Below, one piece after another: positions 58,984 through 64,000 of a DNA stretch of 64,000 nt. The notes below the pieces were generated by a model. That model had not been told where the DNA came from, did no database searches, and saw nothing but the letters and a program-made list of their open reading frames with translations. The position numbers were made by a program, and so were the translations under genes. Origin of the DNA: Vallitaleaceae bacterium (GTDB taxonomy: Bacteria; Bacillota; Clostridia; Lachnospirales; Vallitaleaceae); the NCBI GenBank assembly GCA_028277605.1, contig JANQFZ010000027.1, forward strand, positions 235-64,234, read 5' to 3'. Numbering within the stretch: the stretch's first letter is position 1; each line of letters opens with the position of its first letter.

Positions 58984-60390
58984 CTATTTTCCATATTGCT
59001 TCCAATACTCTCCCCACATGTCTTCATCTGTGGGCTTAACTGGTGGTATTGGATATGAAACCCAAGTAATATTTAGAAAATGTTTATAATTGATATTTTC
59101 TGTTGTAATATTACCACCCCATGTACCACAACCTAATGTTACAGTTGATGGCATACCATTGAAAAAATTCCCTCCATTAGCTGGTGCTTGTGGCTGTCTC
59201 ACCATAATACGGCTTGTTTTCATCTCCATGGCAAGCTGATGTATATAAGCATCATTAAACGTATGTATACCACAGGAATGACCTGTTCCAGCAACGGTTG
59301 TAAGCTTGATAAGAATATCCAATCCTTCTTCAAACGTTGAATATTTCCATAGGGTTAATACAGGAGATAGTTTTTCTTCAGCAAACGGGTCAGAATCAAC
59401 TGGCAGTTTTCCTTCAACCATGAGCATGGTTGTGTTGTTAGGAATCATTAATCCTGCATCAGTTGCAATCACTTGAGCTGACTTAGCTACAATCTTTGCA
59501 TTTAATGCGATATGACCCTTTTTATTAGGAACCCACATCCATTTTTGCAGACGTGTTTTTTCAGTTGTATCACATAAATAAGCATCCTTTTGCTTAAAGG
59601 TTTCGATAACTTTATCATAAATGCTTTCATGAACAATAATAGAATTTTCTGATGAACAAGAGGTTGCATGATCGAAGATTTTGCTTATAGTTACTTTTTG
59701 AACAGCATCTTCAACATCTGCATCTTCTGCGATGATTTGTACTGAGTTGCCAGGTCCAACACCATAGGCAGGTGTACCGCTAGAGTAAGCCGCTTTAACC
59801 ATGGCATTTCCACCTGTAGCAATGACCAAATCCACTTGATTCATTAAAAGATTCGTCGCTTCTATTGAGGGGATTTCTACAATTTGTATTAAATCCTCAG
59901 GAGCGCCAACCTTCTTCAACCCTTTTCTCATAAAATCTACAGCCAATTTAGAACTTACTTTAGCTTTTGGGTGAGGAGCAAAAATAACGGCATTTCTTCC
60001 TTTTAGTATAGATAAAGCATTACTTGCTGGTGTCGCTGTGGGATTGGTTACGGGTGTTAGAGCACCAACTACCCCAACAGGCTTAGCATACTTAAATATT
60101 TTTTTCTCATCATCCTTCTCAATAAGACCTACAGACTTGACATTCTTAATATCGTTTAAGACCCCCATAACCTTAACTTTGTGTTTGGTAATTTTGTGTT
60201 CTACCAGCCCCATACCTGTTTCTTCAACCGCTTTTTTAGCAAGCTGTTCAATGCTATCATCCTTATAAACCTGCCAGCCTACCGCTAGGCAAACCTCATC
60301 GATTTGCTCCTGTGTGTACCCTTCGATTTGCTTCTGAGCTTTTCTTGCTCTTTGCAATAAATCTTCAATCATTTTTTTGCTTTCTTCCAT
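58984..60390 (-). CDS. CoA-acylating aldehyde dehydrogenase (EutE/PduP-like; candidate sulfoacetaldehyde dehydrogenase)
   Basis: 468 aa of the ALDH superfamily, with catalytic Cys context FDHATSCSSENS. It is the first gene of the operon and has a GGAGG RBS. Confidence 0.75.
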   Translation of the reverse strand: MEESKKMIEDLLQRARKAQKQIEGYTQEQIDEVCLAVGWQVYKDDSIEQLAKKAVEETGMGLVEHKITKHKVKVMGVLNDIKNVKSVGLIEKDDEKKIFKYAKPVGVVGALTPVTNPTATPASNALSILKGRNAVIFAPHPKAKVSSKLAVDFMRKGLKKVGAPEDLIQIVEIPSIEATNLLMNQVDLVIATGGNAMVKAAYSSGTPAYGVGPGNSVQIIAEDADVEDAVQKVTISKIFDHATSCSSENSIIVHESIYDKVIETFKQKDAYLCDTTEKTRLQKWMWVPNKKGHIALNAKIVAKSAQVIATDAGLMIPNNTTMLMVEGKLPVDSDPFAEEKLSPVLTLWKYSTFEEGLDILIKLTTVAGTGHSCGIHTFNDAYIHQLAMEMKTSRIMVRQPQAPANGGNFFNGMPSTVTLGCGTWGGNITTENINYKHFLNITWVSYPIPPVKPTDEDMWGEYWKQYGK

Positions 60391-60553
60391 AAGAACACCT
60401 CCATATGAATTATAAGCTTAATTTATAGCTCAACTCTCCCATGGTATTATCTGAATAGGAATGGGAAAGAGCATAGACGCCATGAATACTTTTACTATTC
60501 TCTAAGTATAAAAGAATAACTAATTCACTATCGTATAAGTTTATTGGTATTTA

Positions 60554-60571
60554 TTAAACTTTTTAATTAAT
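60554..60571. promoter_or_regulatory. Degenerate copy of the candidate operator (TTAAACTTTTTAATTAAT)
   Basis: Matches TTAATCCTTTTAATTATT at 15 of 18 positions. Lies upstream of the aldehyde-dehydrogenase operon. Confidence 0.3.
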
Positions 60572-60593
60572 AGCTTAAAAAAATAATAGCCAA

Positions 60594-61814
60594 TTATGAG
60601 ATAGCTGTTGCACCTGTTTTATAAAATAATTCTTTGACAACTAAGACAATCCCACCAATACAACGTCTATTATCCAAAACACTACTTTCTATTTTATCCA
60701 TAATGTTATCAACGTGCGCCAGTTTATTAATTTCTTGTATGAGCTTATCTAAGTAACTCTTGTTTCTAAAAAAATCACTATATATAATGATCTTATGTGG
60801 ATCATACAATCTTATCATATTCACAATACCTATTCCAAAGTATCTCCATATTTGGTTGACTTTTTTTACAATCTCCACTTCTCCTAGGTCATAACCTTCA
60901 ATAATGCTAGCTGTATTAATTGCCGATTGGTTACCATCAACCAACTTATGTAGAATCGGATAACACTCCTGTGTAAATTCATCTTTAATGGTTTGTTTCA
61001 AAGTTCTGATAGATGCAACCGTCTCAAGGCATCCTCTCTGTCCACATTTACACTCTTTCCCATTCGGTACAATAATCATATGTCCTAATTCTCCAGCATT
61101 ATTATAAGAGCCTTTATATATTTCTTTATTGGTTATAGCTGCCGATCCAATACCAGGTCCATATTTAATAAAAACCATATTCTCTATATTTTTATGAGAA
61201 GTTAACTCCATCTCTGCTAAAGCTAAGGCTCTAACGTTATTCTCAACAACCACTGGTATATTCAATTCCTTTGATAGTATGGACTGAATGTCGACTTCAT
61301 GTTTCCATAAACCATAGGCACGTTTACTAAGACCTTTTTTACTATCTACAATACCTACAATACCAACTCCAATACCTAGAACATCACTTTTGGAGATATT
61401 CAAGTTCCACAGCATAGACATACATATATCTACGATTATTTTCATAATATCTTCAACTGACATGCCATTAATTTCTTTATCCATATATTCTATAATTTCA
61501 TATTTTAAGTTTGAAATACCTATGCTTAGCGAATTGGGTTCAATATTGACACCAATAACATATTTGTAGTCCTTTTTTAATTCTATAAATATTTTCTTTC
61601 TTCCGACTCTCATCGTATCTTCAATTTGACCGCTTTCTCTTATACAGCCATCCTGAATCATTTCGTTAACAAGTATTGTAACTGCGGCAGGTGTTAGTTT
61701 AATCTTTTCAGCAATATCTTTCCTTGACTTTTTCCCTTTTTTTAGCTGATTTAAGATTAAAGTTCTATTATTTATCTTAACATCACTCATGTTGACACCT
61801 GATGTTCTTCTCAT
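60594..61814 (-). CDS. ROK family transcriptional regulator
   Basis: N-terminal wHTH (SRKDIAEKIKLTPAAVTILVNEM) and a ROK domain with zinc motif GHM..CKCGQRGCLE. The start could instead be the ATG at 61790. Confidence 0.8.
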   Translation of the reverse strand: MRRTSGVNMSDVKINNRTLILNQLKKGKKSRKDIAEKIKLTPAAVTILVNEMIQDGCIRESGQIEDTMRVGRKKIFIELKKDYKYVIGVNIEPNSLSIGISNLKYEIIEYMDKEINGMSVEDIMKIIVDICMSMLWNLNISKSDVLGIGVGIVGIVDSKKGLSKRAYGLWKHEVDIQSILSKELNIPVVVENNVRALALAEMELTSHKNIENMVFIKYGPGIGSAAITNKEIYKGSYNNAGELGHMIIVPNGKECKCGQRGCLETVASIRTLKQTIKDEFTQECYPILHKLVDGNQSAINTASIIEGYDLGEVEIVKKVNQIWRYFGIGIVNMIRLYDPHKIIIYSDFFRNKSYLDKLIQEINKLAHVDNIMDKIESSVLDNRRCIGGIVLVVKELFYKTGATAIS

Positions 61815-61973
61815 TTCAGCTCACTCTTTTCTATATTTAACGGTATTAAAAAAATTATATTAATAGCGAAAAATTTTTAACCACGACTGTTTGTTAACAA
61901 CTAAGATTTTAACTATGTTTTATACTATTATCTTATCTATAATATTACACTATATAAGCTATAAAATCAATAT

Positions 61974-61995
61974 TTAATTAATCCTTTTAATTATT
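61974..61995. promoter_or_regulatory. Candidate operator (22-nt motif) upstream of the ROK gene
   Basis: Exact 22-nt match to 52873-52894. Confidence 0.45.
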
Positions 61996-62014
61996 TACCT
62001 AAAATTTTTAACTT

Positions 62015-62341
62015 TTATCCTTCACCTAAATAGAAAATTCTAAAATAAGTTTCCAAAGCTTCCCACAATTCCTTTTTTTCTCTTTGTTTCTGCTTCACTT
62101 TTAAATGACTTCCAATCTCATCATACAGAAGATCCTCTTCATTTGCTTTAACTTCTATGAAAATAGTGCCATTTTCTTCAAATCCCACACTGAGTGTACC
62201 TCCAACCTCTTCTGTATGGGTTACACACAATATCTTTAACTCATTTCTAACTTCTTCTGGAAGCTGATCAAAATCTTGGTTAAAATAGTATTTTTTAGAA
62301 TAATAGCTTGCAGCACAGAGTACTACTCTTTTATCGTTCAT
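62015..62341 (-). CDS. Hypothetical small acidic protein
   Basis: 108-aa ORF 17 nt downstream of birA, with no motif I recognise. Confidence 0.4.
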   Translation of the reverse strand: MNDKRVVLCAASYYSKKYYFNQDFDQLPEEVRNELKILCVTHTEEVGGTLSVGFEENGTIFIEVKANEEDLLYDEIGSHLKVKQKQREKKELWEALETYFRIFYLGEG

Positions 62342-62358
62342 AATACACTCCTTTTGAT

Positions 62359-63336
62359 TTAAACATAACCATGGATGCCCCGTACTGAAACTTCTCCCGC
62401 ATGAATAATCTCTTTTTGTCCATTGGTTTCTATAACAAGTTCTCCTGTATCCGTTACATTAAGGGCTTGACCTACTAGTGTTTGTTCACTATTAATAACC
62501 TTAACTTCTCTCCCAACATTAATGCAGTATTGATTATAATCGTCTATAAAAAGAGATAAATCCAATGTTTCTAAATAACTTTCATACAACTCTTCAAAAT
62601 GCTGTAAAAGCCCTTTTACAATATCCGCCCTCTTATATAAACGCTTACTCTCAATACATAGAGATGTAGCAATGTTAGAAATCTCTTCTGGAAATGTTTT
62701 TATATTAACATTAATACCTATGCCTACAACAACATAATTAATATAGTCTAATTCGGAACTCATCTCAGTAAGAATACCGCATATTTTTTTGCCATTTAAA
62801 ATAATGTCATTCGGCCATTTAATATAAACCTCTTGTCCAGTTGATTCTCGAATTGCACGACAGACCGCCAGCCCTGCTACTAATGTTATCCTAGAAGCAT
62901 GATTAGGGTTAATGGGAGGTCTTAGTAAAAGTGACAGCCATATTCCAGTATTGGGCTCAGATACCCAATGTCTTCCTCTACGTCCTTTCCCTTTTACTTG
63001 CTGATTGGCAATAACAACTAAGCCTTCATTTTCACCTTGTAGTGCTAATTTTTTAATTTCTTCATTGGTTGAACCAACCGATTCAAAAAACATCAGTTTA
63101 CTGCCAATGGTTTTGGTTGCAAGGTGATATTGAATTTCCTCAGGGGTTATAGTATCAGGGCTTTTTATTAATCTATAACCTTTTTTGGTTACAGATTCAA
63201 TAACATAGCCTTCGAGTTTTATATTTTTTATGGTTTTCCATATAGCCGTTCTTGATACACCTAGCATTTGACTCATATATTCACCAGAAATATATCCTTC
63301 GGCTTCTTTTAATAAACATAGTATTTTTTCTTTCAT
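62359..63336 (-). CDS. birA: Bifunctional biotin-[acetyl-CoA-carboxylase] ligase / repressor BirA
   Basis: 325 aa with an N-terminal HTH (GEYMSQMLGVSRTAIWKTI) and biotin loop KGKGRRGRHW, plus a C-terminal SH3-like tail. Confidence 0.85.
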   Translation of the reverse strand: MKEKILCLLKEAEGYISGEYMSQMLGVSRTAIWKTIKNIKLEGYVIESVTKKGYRLIKSPDTITPEEIQYHLATKTIGSKLMFFESVGSTNEEIKKLALQGENEGLVVIANQQVKGKGRRGRHWVSEPNTGIWLSLLLRPPINPNHASRITLVAGLAVCRAIRESTGQEVYIKWPNDIILNGKKICGILTEMSSELDYINYVVVGIGINVNIKTFPEEISNIATSLCIESKRLYKRADIVKGLLQHFEELYESYLETLDLSLFIDDYNQYCINVGREVKVINSEQTLVGQALNVTDTGELVIETNGQKEIIHAGEVSVRGIHGYV

Positions 63337-63505
63337 TAATATCTTCTCACTTTATCATTCTGTATTGGATAATGCTAAAGGATAGGTCATATATCATTAT
63401 TTAATTATTCATTATGACTTTTAAAAATTATGACCTTTATATTTTTGTATTATACGCTTATTTTGCCGTTTATTCAAGGGAGCAAGTGTTTGCTATAAGG
63501 TAGTC

Positions 63506-63541
63506 AAGGGTAAATAGTATGTGCTAATACTATTTACCCTT
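63506..63541. repeat. Palindromic intergenic repeat, minimal variant copy (copy d)
   Basis: AAGGGTAAATAGTAT-GTGCTA-ATACTATTTACCCTT: perfect 15-bp arms. Relative to the other copies, G>A in the left arm is mirrored by C>T in the right arm. Confidence 0.55.
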
Positions 63542-63647
63542 CTCTCAACTCATTCCATTTAAACATGTATAAATTTTTTTCTGAGCAATAACTGTATAAA
63601 ACTATAATAAAAACTGTATAAAACTATGAATATCTATACTCAATGAG

Positions 63648-64000
63648 TTAGCCTAATGTAGCTACCATAACTGCTTTAATTGTATGCATTCTATTTTCTG
63701 CTTGATCAAATATTGTATCCGCATGGGTTTCAAAAACATCCTCTGTGACTTCATTCCCTTTTACCGCTGGTAAGCAATGCATCAATACTGTTGATGTTTT
63801 TTTTGTCATAGCCATTAATGAAGCATTGACTTGATAAGGCTTAAGGAGCTGAATCCTATCTTTTGCTTTGTCCTCTTCTCCCATAGAACACCATACATCT
63901 GTATAGATAACGTCAGCGTTTTCAACAACTTCTACTGCATCACTCATTAAAATCGTGCTTCCGGATTGCTTAGCGTAGTTATTACATGTTTCAAGTAAAT
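63648..64000 (-). CDS. argF: Ornithine carbamoyltransferase, C-terminal part (gene continues beyond the window)
   Basis: HCLPA motif context (LMHCLPAVKGNEVTEDVFE). The frame stays open to the window edge. Confidence 0.7.
   Translation of the reverse strand, partial: LLETCNNYAKQSGSTILMSDAVEVVENADVIYTDVWCSMGEEDKAKDRIQLLKPYQVNASLMAMTKKTSTVLMHCLPAVKGNEVTEDVFETHADTIFDQAENRMHTIKAVMVATLG

Noticed and set aside
63620-63647. ARG-box-like sequence ATGAATATCTATACTCAAT
   Set aside because: It lies downstream of the argF stop codon rather than in a promoter, and the match is partial.
1-64000. CRISPR arrays, rRNA genes, prophage or integrase-bounded islands, toxin-antitoxin pairs
   Set aside because: I saw no regularly spaced direct repeats with unique spacers, no rRNA-like segments, no phage structural or integrase genes, and no tRNA 3'-end duplications suggestive of att sites.

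Overview
AT-rich Firmicutes (Clostridia-like) chromosomal segment with about 60 genes, mostly on the minus strand. Contents from left to right:
- The 5' part of a class-C-like group II intron, sitting directly behind the terminator of a LacI-linked MalEFG-type sugar ABC operon.
- An oppABCDF peptide transporter.
- DJ-1 and CYTH genes.
- A 7-tRNA operon (Pro-Gly-Arg-His-Gln-Lys-Leu) with a consensus promoter.
- The Bacillus-like gerM-rph-rdgB-ysnB block.
- Secreted cell-wall enzymes (amidase, C1 protease).
- Assorted envelope and housekeeping genes: PrsW, PrsA-like PPIase, PspC, galM, a ZIP transporter, an FtsH paralogue and rsgA.
- ArsR and WYL regulators.
- An AAA/PD-(D/E)XK ORF.
- A decayed nested IS4/IS3 patch bracketing two orphan ORFs.

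The most interesting region is 46.6-62.0 kb. It holds a regulator gene plus two operons that I read as a complete transketolase-dependent sulfoquinovose (sulfoglycolysis) pathway:
- YihQ-like GH31 sulfoquinovosidase
- CUT1 ABC importer
- DUF4867 protein
- RpiB-like isomerase
- split transketolase
- CoA-acylating aldehyde dehydrogenase
- ADP-forming acyl-CoA ligase
- DASS anion permease
- ROK regulator with a repeated operator-like motif

The window ends with birA and the 3' end of argF. A palindromic repeat family (stem AAGGGTGAATAGTAT) occurs in four intergenic regions. No CRISPR array, rRNA or prophage was seen. All family assignments rest on motif reading and memory, not database searches.
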